DNA of 64,000 bases from Anaerohalosphaeraceae bacterium (GTDB lineage Bacteria > Planctomycetota > Phycisphaerae > Sedimentisphaerales > Anaerohalosphaeraceae), in NCBI GenBank assembly GCA_050309605.1, contig JBNRMN010000021.1, forward strand, positions 1 through 64,000, written 5' to 3'. Below are positions 30,471-40,538 of the stretch, in pieces. Each line of letters begins with the position of its first letter. Positions within the stretch are counted from its first letter, which is position 1. The notes under the pieces are model-generated. The model was given only the letters and a program-made list of their open reading frames with translations. It searched no databases and had not been told where the DNA came from. A program made the position numbers and the translations under genes.

Positions 30471-31325
30471 TTGAGTACGCTGACAAAAATCCTGGCGGTC
30501 TTATTGTCCTTATTTTCTATTTTTCTGTGCGGTATGATGGTCACGTTCGTGGGCAGCACCAAAAACTTCAAGGGTCTGTATGAAGAACAAAGGAACCTGG
30601 CCCAGTATGCTCAGGCCGAGCTTGCCGAACGAGACAAACAGTTCAATGCGCAGCTTCAGAAGTTCAAGGAGATGGAAAGCCGTCTGCTGGACGAAATCGC
30701 GACTCTGGAGACGGAAAAAAATACGCTGGTGGCCGATCTTCGCCAAGTCGAACGGCTCAGCGCCCAGTACCAGAGTCAGGCCGACAGTTGGAAAGGTGTG
30801 ATGACCGGCTTTGAGCAAAGTGTACGCAATCTTCAGGCTTCGCTCCAACAGACGCAGCAGCAGCTTGACTCGACTCGCGCTCAGAGCATCCAAGACCAGA
30901 AAGAACTGAACCAGATTACCGCTGACCTTTACGCCCGTATTGTACAGCTTCAGGCCATGGAAGCGGAGCGCCGGCGTTTGCTGGAACAAAAGACCGAACT
31001 GGAACAACAGATTCTCGCCCTCAGCGGCGGCGTGAGCCGGGTTGAGCCGGTAACCCCGGCGGCGGAAACCGCCCGCCCTGCCGCCTCTTTGACAACCGCT
31101 TCGGATATCAAGGGGGTGGTCAAAGATGTGGACGAGTCGCTGGTGCATTTGTCGGTCGGATCGGCTGACGGTGTTCGCGAGAATATGGTCTTCCACATCA
31201 CGCGCGGCAGCCAGTTTCTTTGCGATGTCGTGATTACCCATGTGGATATCGATCAAAGCGCCGGCGTGATGCAGCTTGTTCAGCAGCGTCCGCGTGTCGG
31301 CGATACGGCAGGCACCCAACTTTAA
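30471..31325 (+). CDS. Membrane-anchored coiled-coil protein with a C-terminal beta domain
   Basis: TM helix, about 150 aa of Q/E/L heptads, LSVGSADGV...F.ITRG; TTG start. Confidence 0.8.
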   Translation: MSTLTKILAVLLSLFSIFLCGMMVTFVGSTKNFKGLYEEQRNLAQYAQAELAERDKQFNAQLQKFKEMESRLLDEIATLETEKNTLVADLRQVERLSAQYQSQADSWKGVMTGFEQSVRNLQASLQQTQQQLDSTRAQSIQDQKELNQITADLYARIVQLQAMEAERRRLLEQKTELEQQILALSGGVSRVEPVTPAAETARPAASLTTASDIKGVVKDVDESLVHLSVGSADGVRENMVFHITRGSQFLCDVVITHVDIDQSAGVMQLVQQRPRVGDTAGTQL

Positions 31326-31345
31326 GAGAATGGAAGTAACGCACG

Positions 31346-31498
31346 ATGGCCAGAAAAAATACCGCAGCAAGCAGTGATGTATATACCGCGATTTTGGCGC
31401 TGGCGGCGCTGACCGTATTGTCCACGGCGGTTTTTGTCGCTCTGAAGTGTTGGCTGTATTACGAAACGCTGTTTTCGATTGCTCAGGCCGGACGGTAA
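31346..31498 (+). CDS. Small single-TM protein, 50 aa (MARKNTAASSDVYTAILALAALTVLSTAVFVALKCWLYYETLFSIAQAGR)
   Basis: Fills the gap before mreB, GGAAG upstream, clear TM helix; below the ORF-track cutoff. Confidence 0.7.
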   Translation: MARKNTAASSDVYTAILALAALTVLSTAVFVALKCWLYYETLFSIAQAGR

Positions 31499-31594
31499 GC
31501 CGGTCCGAACCGACGCCCTCTATGGCGGCGGCGGACGTACAGACAACCCACAGCGCAGCGGTAACGCCGGCAATCCGTTTTGAAGGGAGTCACA

Positions 31595-32644
31595 GTGATA
31601 GACACTATTCTGGGCTGGTTCAGCAAGGATATGGGAATTGACCTGGGGACGTGCAACACACTGGTGTGCGTCCGGAATGAGGGTATCGTCCTGAACGAAC
31701 CGTCGGTGGTTGCCGTCCGCAAAGGCACCAACATCGTGCTCAACAACGGCGAGGCGGTCGGCCTGGTCGCCAAGGATATGCTCGGCAAGACCCCCGGCTC
31801 GATTACCGCCATTCGACCGCTCAAAGACGGGGTCATCAGCGACTTCGAAATCACCGAGAAAATGCTCAGTTATTTCATCCGCAAAGTCCACGGCCGCAGA
31901 GGGTTTTTCAATCCGCGGATCGTGATTGCGGTGCCCAGCGGGATCACGGCGGTGGAACGGCGTGCGGTGATTGACAGCGCCGAACGCGCCGGCGCGCGCA
32001 AGGTCTTTCTGGTGGATGAACCGATGGCCGCGGGGATCGGGGCGGGGCTGCCGATTACCGAGCCGACCGGCTCAATGATTGTGGATATCGGCGGCGGCAC
32101 CTCGGAGGTGGCGATTATCAGCCTGGCCGACATCAGCACGTGTGAATCCATCCGCGTCGGCGGCGACAACTTCGATGAGGCGCTGATTGCCCATCTGAAA
32201 AAAACCTACAACCTGCTGATCGGCGAATCCCGCGCCGAACAGGTCAAGATACAGATCGGCTCGGCCGCCCCGCTGGAGCAGGAAATGACGATGGAAATCG
32301 CCGGTCGCGACACCATCTCCGGTCTGCCGCGAAAAATCGTGATTACCAGCGAGGAAATCCGCGAGGCTTTTCGTGAGCCGATCGCCGGGATTATTGAAGC
32401 GGTGATGCGAACGCTTGAACGGGCCGAACCGGAACTGGCCGCGGACCTGATAGAAAACGGGGTTACGCTGTGCGGCGGCGGCGCCCTGCTGCGGGGGATG
32501 GATAAAGTGCTGGCCAACGCCACCGGCCTGCGGGTGGTTCACGCCGAGGACCCTCTGACGTGCGTGGCCCGCGGGACGAGCGTTTATCTGGAAAATCTTG
32601 AATTGTGGAAGGACACGCTGGATTCCACCGGCACCGCGTGGTAA
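31595..32644 (+). CDS. mreB: Actin-like rod shape protein MreB
   Basis: GIDLGT, NEPSVVA, RPLKDGVI, DIGGGT, GGGALL. Confidence 0.96.
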   Translation: MIDTILGWFSKDMGIDLGTCNTLVCVRNEGIVLNEPSVVAVRKGTNIVLNNGEAVGLVAKDMLGKTPGSITAIRPLKDGVISDFEITEKMLSYFIRKVHGRRGFFNPRIVIAVPSGITAVERRAVIDSAERAGARKVFLVDEPMAAGIGAGLPITEPTGSMIVDIGGGTSEVAIISLADISTCESIRVGGDNFDEALIAHLKKTYNLLIGESRAEQVKIQIGSAAPLEQEMTMEIAGRDTISGLPRKIVITSEEIREAFREPIAGIIEAVMRTLERAEPELAADLIENGVTLCGGGALLRGMDKVLANATGLRVVHAEDPLTCVARGTSVYLENLELWKDTLDSTGTAW

Positions 32645-32761
32645 CCCCTTCGATTGCAGAGGACCAAGAGCAGGTCTGTCTCATGATGACCGTATGTCCG
32701 CCATCCGCCCCGGCGATGGGGACAGGAAACCGAAATTTTTAACCGGCAAATTGTGTTTTAT

Positions 32762-33592
32762 ATGGCACGCAGACATTTTCAGCTATCCAACGGCGGTTTG
32801 TTTTTGCTGTTGCTGAGCAGCGGATTTGTGCTGCTGCTTTTGCCGCGATCCGTGACGCAGCGTGTCCATTTTCTGTTTGCCGAGACGTTTGAACCGCTGC
32901 TTCGCATCGGGCGTCGATTTCCCGACCACGCCGCGGCGCCGAGTCCGCAGGAGCAGTATGTTTCGCTTGAAGAGCACAACGCGCTGTGGAAAAACTACCA
33001 TAATCTGCACGCCCGGCTGATGAAACTTCAGGACGAATACAACACGGCGGCCCGGATTCGCAGCAGTCTGCCTCGATTTTACAGCGGGCTGGTCGTCGCC
33101 GACGTGGTGGGGCCGGCGGCGGGTCTGAATCATGAAATCCTGATCAACAAAGGCGCCGCCGACGGAGTGCACAGCGGCTGCTATGTGATGAGTCCCGAAC
33201 ACAACAGCATTATCGGTGTTGTTCGTGAAACCTCCGACGCGATGGCACGAGTGCGTCTGCTGACCGACGCCAACCAGAGTATTCCGATTCGAATCCGCCG
33301 GGACGGGGCTGCTTTGGATGTGGCGGCCATGATGATCGGCGACGGCAAACGCGGGGGCGTTGTGCCGATGGTCGAGCGTGAAAAGGATATCCGACCGAAC
33401 GATGCCGTCTATGCGGCGCCGCGGCCGGGGCTGCTGGATACGCCCGTGATCATCGGCAAAGTGGCCGAGGTACAGCCGGATGAAGAGTCGCCTTTGCTGT
33501 GGAAAATTTTCGTGCAACCGACGGACATTGGCGCTGAACCAAAAACCGCCGCCGTGATCGTGTCCGATACGCCGGGAACCGAGAGGCAATAA
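32762..33592 (+). CDS. mreC: Rod shape-determining protein MreC
   Basis: TM plus coiled coil, INKGAADGV, VRLLTD; follows mreB. Confidence 0.85.
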   Translation: MARRHFQLSNGGLFLLLLSSGFVLLLLPRSVTQRVHFLFAETFEPLLRIGRRFPDHAAAPSPQEQYVSLEEHNALWKNYHNLHARLMKLQDEYNTAARIRSSLPRFYSGLVVADVVGPAAGLNHEILINKGAADGVHSGCYVMSPEHNSIIGVVRETSDAMARVRLLTDANQSIPIRIRRDGAALDVAAMMIGDGKRGGVVPMVEREKDIRPNDAVYAAPRPGLLDTPVIIGKVAEVQPDEESPLLWKIFVQPTDIGAEPKTAAVIVSDTPGTERQ

Positions 33593-33597
33593 ATTCA

Positions 33598-34125
33598 ATG
33601 CGATGGGTTCTGTTTGCGATTCTGGTTTTGCTTGGTGCTGTGCTTGAGGCAGGCAATCTGCTGAATGCGGTTGCGCTGGGTCAATGGCATATTCGGCCGT
33701 CTGCGCTGATTGTGCTGCTTGTGTTTTTTGCCGTTCACTGCCGCACGCATGAGGCGATTATTACCTCGTTTGTGATTGGTCTGGCAATGGACATCAGCGG
33801 CAGTCAGATCGGGCCGCACACGATCAGTTATTGTCTGATCGGCGGGCTGCTCAATCAGCTCGGCGAGTATTTTGTGCTGCGGCGCGAGGTGTCTCCGGCG
33901 GCGCTGATTTTTTCGGCCTATGTCATCGCCGCCGTGATCGCCTATTGGCTGGGCGCATTGAAAACCGGCGAGCGGCAGGACTACGCCTATCGAATCTTCG
34001 TGCTGACGGGACTTTATTCGGCGTTCATCGGTTCGTTTTTTTGGCGGTTTCTGGAACGGATCAATCAACCGGCGTCGTCCCAATCGCTTCAAACGTCGCC
34101 TCCTCAGCGCGGATACCTGCGATGA
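33598..34125 (+). CDS. mreD: Rod shape-determining protein MreD
   Basis: Five TM helices, GLAMD, synteny. Confidence 0.82.
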   Translation: MRWVLFAILVLLGAVLEAGNLLNAVALGQWHIRPSALIVLLVFFAVHCRTHEAIITSFVIGLAMDISGSQIGPHTISYCLIGGLLNQLGEYFVLRREVSPAALIFSAYVIAAVIAYWLGALKTGERQDYAYRIFVLTGLYSAFIGSFFWRFLERINQPASSQSLQTSPPQRGYLR

Positions 34126-34184
34126 GACAGACAGAACGGAATGTCAATCCGTTATGAGTTAATCAATCACTTTCAACGATTTTT

Positions 34185-36284
34185 ATGTACCAACGTCGAT
34201 TGAAGATCTTTGTCGCCCTGTGCGTCGGGGTGCTGCTGATTGCGCTGGCACGGCTGGCGATGCTGCAAGTGTTCGGGGTCAACGAGGCGCGGCGCCAAAC
34301 CGAACTGCTGCGGATCCTGCCGCCGGAGTCGCTGGCGACGGTCCGCGGCAAAATCTTTGATCGCAACGGACGAACGCTGGCGCTGGATCGTCCGGCGTTT
34401 TCGCTGTATATCCGCTATGCCCTGACCCGATACGCCGATCCGCGGTGGCAGGAAGGTCAGATTCTTCGCCGAATAACACCGGACACCTCCCGACAAGAGG
34501 CGGAATCCGCCTTGCAGGCGGAATGGGCCGAGCATCTGCTGACGCTTCGCGAGGCGGCGGCACTGGCGGCGGATCTGGGCGGCGTACCGCAGGCCGAGAT
34601 CGAGGCGCGGATTGAAGGGATCAACAATCGCATCTGGGAGCTGGCACGCTACATCTGGTGGCGGCGGCGAAATCCTGATGCCGCAATGGCCGACTATCGT
34701 CGGCAGCGCGACACAATCAGTCCGGCCCAGATCGTGCGTGTGGACTTGCGGGAAATGGCAGAGTTTTATCCGTTGATCGATCTTCCGGATGAAGAATCGC
34801 TGTTCAGTGCTCAACTGGCGCTGATCCATTTTGACGGCGTGGCCATTCGACCGGAGGCGCGTCGCGTTTATCCTTACGGCACGGCGGCCTGTCAGCTTCT
34901 CGGCTGGGTCGCGCCGGGGCAGGATGAGGAGATGCAGCTTTTTGAAGAGGACGAATATCGGCGGTATCTTGAGGGAGAAGTTCTCGGCAAGGACGGCATT
35001 GAAAAGGCCTACGAGCCGGTACTCCGCGGACGGCGCGGGCGCGTGGTTTATGACAAGGACGGCAATGAGCTGTCGCGGACTGACCCGGAATACGGCGGCG
35101 ATGTGTCTGTGTCGCTGGATATTGAGCTTCAGCAGCAGATTGAATCGCTGCTGCAAAACCCCGAAACCAACCCGAATGCGTCCAGTCCCTGTGCGGCGGT
35201 GGTGCTGGACGGGGCGACCAATGACATTTTGGCGCTGGTCTCGACGCCGGGATTCGATTTGAATACCGTCCGACGCGATTATACCCGTCTGATCAATGAC
35301 CCCAACAAGCCGATGCTGCACCGGGCGCTGGAATCCAATTATCCGCCCGGCTCGACCGCCAAGCCGCTGATTCTGCTGATAGGTCTTGAAGAAGGCGCCG
35401 TTCGTCCGGACGAAATCATCAGTTGTCCCTATACCAACCCGCCGGCGGGCTGGCCGCGCTGTCTGCTTCAGCGTCAGGGAAGCTGCCACGACTGGCGATG
35501 GGAACACGAAGGCGGCAACAACGCCCGCAACGCGGTCCGCGGAAGCTGCAACATCTATTTTTCGCGGCTGGCTCATCGGCTCGACAGTCAGACGCTGCAA
35601 TCGCGGTTGTTTGATCTCGGTTTCGGGCGGTCGATTTTGCACCTGGATTTGCCGCACACATTCGTTCAGGATCATCCGCGATTTGCCGAGATGCAGCCGC
35701 GTATCCGACAGGCGCACGGCAGCCTGATCGCCGGTATTCAGTCCGCCCCGGCTGACAGCCCCGACGATCTGCCGGCCCTGGTGGACTGGGAACGCAAGTT
35801 CTGGGGCATCGGCCAGGGCAACCTGCGGGCGACTGTGCTTCAAGTGGCCAATGCGCTGGCCGTGATCGCACGCAACGGCATTTACAAATCGCCGCGACTG
35901 GTACTTGACGAGGCGGATGTGTTTAATGAACGGTATCAGCGCCGCGTGCCGATTTCTGTCCGAACGCTTGAGACGGTACGAGACGGGATGGCGGCGGTGG
36001 TCAACGAACAAGGCGGCAGCGCATATCGTATCTTTCGCGACAGCGAACTGTTTCGCCGCGGCCTGACCATTTTCGGCAAAACCGGCTCGACCGAACGTCC
36101 GGAACATGCGTGGTTTGAGTGCTTTGCCGAAGATCAGGCCGGACGCATTATCATTGCGGCGGTGCTGGTGGAAGGCGGCTCGCGCGGCTCCGATGACGCC
36201 GCCCCGCTCGGACACGGCATCCTGACCCTCTGCAATGAGGCCGGTTATATCGGCACTCGTCCGACCCAAGCGCCGCCCCTGTAA
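34185..36284 (+). CDS. mrdA: Class B penicillin-binding protein (PBP2)
   Basis: RGKIFDRNG, RVYPYG, GKDGIE, PGSTAK (SxxK), SCN (SxN), KTGS. Confidence 0.88.
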   Translation: MYQRRLKIFVALCVGVLLIALARLAMLQVFGVNEARRQTELLRILPPESLATVRGKIFDRNGRTLALDRPAFSLYIRYALTRYADPRWQEGQILRRITPDTSRQEAESALQAEWAEHLLTLREAAALAADLGGVPQAEIEARIEGINNRIWELARYIWWRRRNPDAAMADYRRQRDTISPAQIVRVDLREMAEFYPLIDLPDEESLFSAQLALIHFDGVAIRPEARRVYPYGTAACQLLGWVAPGQDEEMQLFEEDEYRRYLEGEVLGKDGIEKAYEPVLRGRRGRVVYDKDGNELSRTDPEYGGDVSVSLDIELQQQIESLLQNPETNPNASSPCAAVVLDGATNDILALVSTPGFDLNTVRRDYTRLINDPNKPMLHRALESNYPPGSTAKPLILLIGLEEGAVRPDEIISCPYTNPPAGWPRCLLQRQGSCHDWRWEHEGGNNARNAVRGSCNIYFSRLAHRLDSQTLQSRLFDLGFGRSILHLDLPHTFVQDHPRFAEMQPRIRQAHGSLIAGIQSAPADSPDDLPALVDWERKFWGIGQGNLRATVLQVANALAVIARNGIYKSPRLVLDEADVFNERYQRRVPISVRTLETVRDGMAAVVNEQGGSAYRIFRDSELFRRGLTIFGKTGSTERPEHAWFECFAEDQAGRIIIAAVLVEGGSRGSDDAAPLGHGILTLCNEAGYIGTRPTQAPPL

Positions 36285-36308
36285 TATTTGGGGATGTCGC
36301 AGCGGGGT

Positions 36309-39300
36309 TTATCGCGGATCAGGCACGGGATGGAGGGCAACCAATGTCGGTCGGTCGTCGGGCGAGACAACCTGGCTGCGATCAAAAATCGCGATCATTC
36401 GCCGTTCGGGGCCGTTCGGGCCGAGACGTACCAGGATATAGGCCGTAAAGACATCGCTGCGTACTGTAAAGATATTGGCCAGACGCGAGACGATCCAGTC
36501 GCGCTGCTCGAAATCACCGTGAATCATCGGATCGCCGAGGGTGATATCTTCGGGTTCGATCTCGGCAAATTTCCTGAACGCATCCATGCCCAGCAGTTCA
36601 CTGACGCGCCGATAGGGACGGTTGGCGACGATCTGTTCGGCCAGAACCAGGGCGTTTTGTTCGTCGTCCGGATCGGCCATCACCAACTGCGGAGCAATGG
36701 CCGCGGCGATGACGTGTTTGGCGGCGGTGTTGATGTTGATCCGACCGGGCAGCGTGCCTTTTTCCGGACGATTCAGAAAGCAGAGATAATCCAAAAGCCC
36801 AGGGGCCGTTTGGATATCCAGACGAATGTCCGACTCGTCCTGGGCATCGGCAATCTGCTTCGTGATGGGTTGGGGGTTATCGCCCTCCTTTTGATTGGAT
36901 ACCCACATTGTCTTGAGAAAATCAGCCAGTCGGTCCGTCGGCGTTTCGTCATCCGCCACAGGAAGCTGGTAGCCTTTTCGCTGGGGAAATATGCCTTCGA
37001 TGTCGTTATTTTGGCCCAGCGTCGCTTCCCAGGGGGTACTGAACCATATCTCCTGCGCAATTTCGCTATTCGTAAATCGCCATTGGGTGTCATCGCGTTT
37101 GGCGGAATGATAGGTGTCGCTGAATAATTGCGTCAGTTGGTTTCCTCGGAACCGATCAACCGATATATATTCGTCTTCGTTTCGGGGATCGGGGCGCTGC
37201 AATGTCAGATTCTGATTTCGCATGAGACTGAGAAATTCAGGACTCGGATACATGACATTATCGCCTGTCACCTGCACGGGATACATTGCAATCGACTGCG
37301 ACCGCCAAATCGTCAGTCGGCCGGGTTCATCGCCCGAACGGGCGGGCACTTCGTATTCCTGTCCGTCCAAAGGGATGGGCAGCGAACCGAACTGAAACCG
37401 CCAGCCGTCCAGACGGATCGGTTCATCGTAGGGGTTGAGCAGTTCAATGGCAAACGCCCTGACCGCCCCGCCGGGTACACTGCCGTCATACTGGCAATAA
37501 ATTTCCGACAGGAACGGCTGACGCTCGTAGCCGTACACTATATCGTCAGGGTCCAATCCAAAAGCCAATTCAGGATACAAAGCGATATCAAGACCGGCTT
37601 CGTCGAGCATTTCATTGATGATCGCTTCGGTAATAAAGGTGGGATCGGGGTTGTCCTGCGCCCCGAATCGGGCGGCGTAAAACGGTCCCTGCGCAGCGGG
37701 GTTGTCGTCGTCCAGATAATCAATCAGGTTGGCTGCGGCCTGAGCGGCCTTGAAGGCCGCCTGCTGCAGGGCTTCCGGCTGGTCATCCGGTTCTTGCTGG
37801 TCAACGTCGCTCGGCAGAAAATACGCCCGATAGGCATACAGCAAATGCAGGAGATGGCCGCGCGCGCCGGGGGTGTTGGCCGTGATGCGGTCGGGATTGG
37901 CCGGGTCGGTGATATGCCGCAGATCAATCGGACGAAAATCCAGCGGACGAAACACCGATTCAATATCTCGGAGCCGTTGCCTGGCTTCGAGGGGAGAATA
38001 GCCGGCGTCAATCAGCCCACTGTATTCCGCCGCCAGGGCCGCGTCCAACAGCGGATACCGCCCGGTGCGCAGGGGACGATCAAAACTGTAAAACGTCGTG
38101 ATATGCCGACGGTCGTAAATAAAATCATCAAGCGAGTCGCTGTCCGGGTTCCAGTCAAAGTAAAGCGGGTCCAGCTTGTCGCGCCATTGGACAAGTTCAC
38201 CCTCGGTAAAGGGGGTACGCGGAACTCGGCTTTTTCCGTAACCGGCTTGATCATAGTCGAATGTGCCTCTTCCATAATCAAAGGTATAATACAACGTGCC
38301 CGAATAAGGGGCCGGCGGAACGGCGTCGCGGGATTCGGTATCCAAATGGCGTTTCTCAAATCGGGCAATCGCGCTGCTGGTCAACAGATACCGATTGCGA
38401 ATTTCCAATTCATCATCGATACCGAACAGCAGGAATTGCGATTCCGGTGATTCAATCGACATAACGAGTTGATTGTGAAAATCATCCGGTGCGGTAAGTA
38501 AAAGCTGCGAATCCCGTGCTCTGTGCAATCGCTCCACCCGGCTGCGATCATAGGCCCGAAGCAACGGCGCGGCATTGACTTCGCTCAGATACCTCCCCAG
38601 TTCATTGCCGAAATCGGCGGTATGGTAAGGGTCATTTGTACCGCTCGGATTGGTCGGAGAGATATATCGATACCACGGTTTGCTGTGCCAGGGGCGTGAG
38701 TCGATGCCGGAAGGCATCTGGTAAAACCCAAAGGCGGTATTGAGGTTGAGCATGGAACAATTGTCAATGATGCGGATGGCGGCAAAGACAGGCTCTGCCC
38801 GGCTGGTGGTCAGGTTGGGAACTTGTATCCAGCGACTGTCGGCCACCCCGTCGCCGTCCGCATCGGCCGGGAATCCCTGGATAGTGTCGCTGCCGTACGT
38901 TTGGCCGGGGGTTATAATCTGCGGGGGCAGATTGCGGCTGTCAAAAGGCGGCCATGAGCCAGGCTCCGATAAATCTGAAATATAGTCCCATTGAAAGTCA
39001 TTATCGCTGTTCGGCTCCAGCACGGCCAGCCAGGGACAGCAGCGATTGCCCGTCCGGGGGTCCGGCCCCGGCCAGGTATAATCCGGGCCGTCTTTGCCAA
39101 TGGTCCCGTCGGGTTCAAACAAGTCCTCGACCAGCACGCTGTGAATGTGCGCAACGACGGTATCGACGGCGGCGTCGAGGTCGCGGCTGTCGATGACGGC
39201 CGAGGTTTCCATCTCGCCGAGCCGGGCGACCATGACAAACATCACCCCCACCACCGCCAATAAGACGGTGACCACCACGACCAAAATCATCGCCGAGCCG

Positions 39301-39338
39301 CGACGGCTGTTATTTTGTTGTCTTGTGCCTGACATCAT
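36309..39338 (-). CDS. Very large PilX/GspK-like minor pilin (1009 aa)
   Basis: RRG|SAMILVVVV class III signal lacking E5; LNLNTA, GRININTA, TVRSDVF; DADGDGVAD. Confidence 0.75.
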   Translation of the reverse strand: MMSGTRQQNNSRRGSAMILVVVVTVLLAVVGVMFVMVARLGEMETSAVIDSRDLDAAVDTVVAHIHSVLVEDLFEPDGTIGKDGPDYTWPGPDPRTGNRCCPWLAVLEPNSDNDFQWDYISDLSEPGSWPPFDSRNLPPQIITPGQTYGSDTIQGFPADADGDGVADSRWIQVPNLTTSRAEPVFAAIRIIDNCSMLNLNTAFGFYQMPSGIDSRPWHSKPWYRYISPTNPSGTNDPYHTADFGNELGRYLSEVNAAPLLRAYDRSRVERLHRARDSQLLLTAPDDFHNQLVMSIESPESQFLLFGIDDELEIRNRYLLTSSAIARFEKRHLDTESRDAVPPAPYSGTLYYTFDYGRGTFDYDQAGYGKSRVPRTPFTEGELVQWRDKLDPLYFDWNPDSDSLDDFIYDRRHITTFYSFDRPLRTGRYPLLDAALAAEYSGLIDAGYSPLEARQRLRDIESVFRPLDFRPIDLRHITDPANPDRITANTPGARGHLLHLLYAYRAYFLPSDVDQQEPDDQPEALQQAAFKAAQAAANLIDYLDDDNPAAQGPFYAARFGAQDNPDPTFITEAIINEMLDEAGLDIALYPELAFGLDPDDIVYGYERQPFLSEIYCQYDGSVPGGAVRAFAIELLNPYDEPIRLDGWRFQFGSLPIPLDGQEYEVPARSGDEPGRLTIWRSQSIAMYPVQVTGDNVMYPSPEFLSLMRNQNLTLQRPDPRNEDEYISVDRFRGNQLTQLFSDTYHSAKRDDTQWRFTNSEIAQEIWFSTPWEATLGQNNDIEGIFPQRKGYQLPVADDETPTDRLADFLKTMWVSNQKEGDNPQPITKQIADAQDESDIRLDIQTAPGLLDYLCFLNRPEKGTLPGRININTAAKHVIAAAIAPQLVMADPDDEQNALVLAEQIVANRPYRRVSELLGMDAFRKFAEIEPEDITLGDPMIHGDFEQRDWIVSRLANIFTVRSDVFTAYILVRLGPNGPERRMIAIFDRSQVVSPDDRPTLVALHPVPDPR

Positions 39339-39388
39339 TATCCAGAAATCTCTCTAATTCAGGTATATTTATGCTAAAAACTTTTATC

Positions 39389-39417
39389 TTGACTTTTTTT
39401 TCGATATTTGTTATCCT
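39389..39417 (+). promoter_or_regulatory. Putative sigma70 promoter of the PEP-CTERM gene
   Basis: TTGACT-17 nt-TATCCT. Confidence 0.5.
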
Positions 39418-39544
39418 AATGGACATATTCCCCCGGAAAAGGAATCCGCAGCAATTTGGCTCACGGGGAAATGACGGAAAGTTCAGGAGCATTCCGACAA
39501 TGGGAAAACAACGCGAGGGATTGAAAACTGAGGATGGACGGAAG

Positions 39545-40435
39545 ATGATGAAAAAAATGATACTGATCGCAGCAGCGGCTGCTTTTATTGGGGGGTTTTG
39601 CCCTAACGCCGCCGCAGGATTTCTGACCATCAGCAACCCCGGCAATGTGGCCGATACCCGCGTAATGAGCGACGGTACGACCGGTTACGGGGCCGTCGAA
39701 TACACCTACCAAATCATGCGTTACGCCGTGACAAACGCCCAATGGAACGAGTTTGTCCAGGTTGCCGGTGCTCCGACGGGCGCTGACGGCGGGTACAGCC
39801 ACAGCTCAACCTACACCGAGGACGCCCTGCCCGTTCAAAACGTCAGTTGGTATGAGGCAGCTCAATACTGCAACTGGCTGACCAGCGGCGACAAGTACAG
39901 CGGCGCGTATCTGTTCGGACAGGACGGCCGCTTTGCGGGCATCGATCGCGAACAGGCCATGCTGGACTACGGCAAGGTGTATGCCCTGCCAACCGAAGAT
40001 GAATGGTACAAGGCCGCGTATTATGACGCTCAAAACGATACCTACCATTTGTACGCCAACGGCTCCGACGACCCGCCCGCAGCAGGCGTGGATGCGATGT
40101 ACGGCCAGACATGGCCCTACGACGGCCCCTGGAACATCACCGACGGAACACGGGAGCAGAACGGCACTTATAATATGATGGGCAACGTCTGGGAGTGGAA
40201 CGAAACGGCCGTCGGTTCCTATCGGGTGTTGCGCGGCGGCGCATTTGATACGCAGGACGACTTTGTCCTCTCCTCGGCCTATCGGCATTACATTGCCGTT
40301 CCGCACGGTGAATTCAGCAGTGCGGGATTTCGCGTCGTGGTCTTGGTCCCCGAGCCGACAACGCTGGCGCTGCTGCTGACGGGCGGGCTGGTTGGGTTCA
40401 GAACAAAAGTCAAGCGACACATGCAAGTCGGATAA
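39545..40435 (+). CDS. PEP-CTERM protein with an FGE-sulfatase (SUMF1-like) domain
   Basis: Signal peptide, LPTEDEWYKAAYY, MMGNVWEW, RGGAF, GFRVV, VPEPTTLALLLTGGLVGFR. Confidence 0.9.
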   Translation: MMKKMILIAAAAAFIGGFCPNAAAGFLTISNPGNVADTRVMSDGTTGYGAVEYTYQIMRYAVTNAQWNEFVQVAGAPTGADGGYSHSSTYTEDALPVQNVSWYEAAQYCNWLTSGDKYSGAYLFGQDGRFAGIDREQAMLDYGKVYALPTEDEWYKAAYYDAQNDTYHLYANGSDDPPAAGVDAMYGQTWPYDGPWNITDGTREQNGTYNMMGNVWEWNETAVGSYRVLRGGAFDTQDDFVLSSAYRHYIAVPHGEFSSAGFRVVVLVPEPTTLALLLTGGLVGFRTKVKRHMQVG

Positions 40436-40538
40436 TTCCGGCACAACCCACCCGGCCGCGTTTAGATCGGGCTGCGGCGCTGTTGTATATTTGACCCATT
40501 GCCTGTTATTAAATTGTCCAAAGAGCACTCGAGGCTGT

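Noticed and set aside
40180..40345. FGE/C-type-lectin C-terminus as a diversity-generating retroelement target
   Set aside because: No template repeat copy or reverse transcriptase seen in the window
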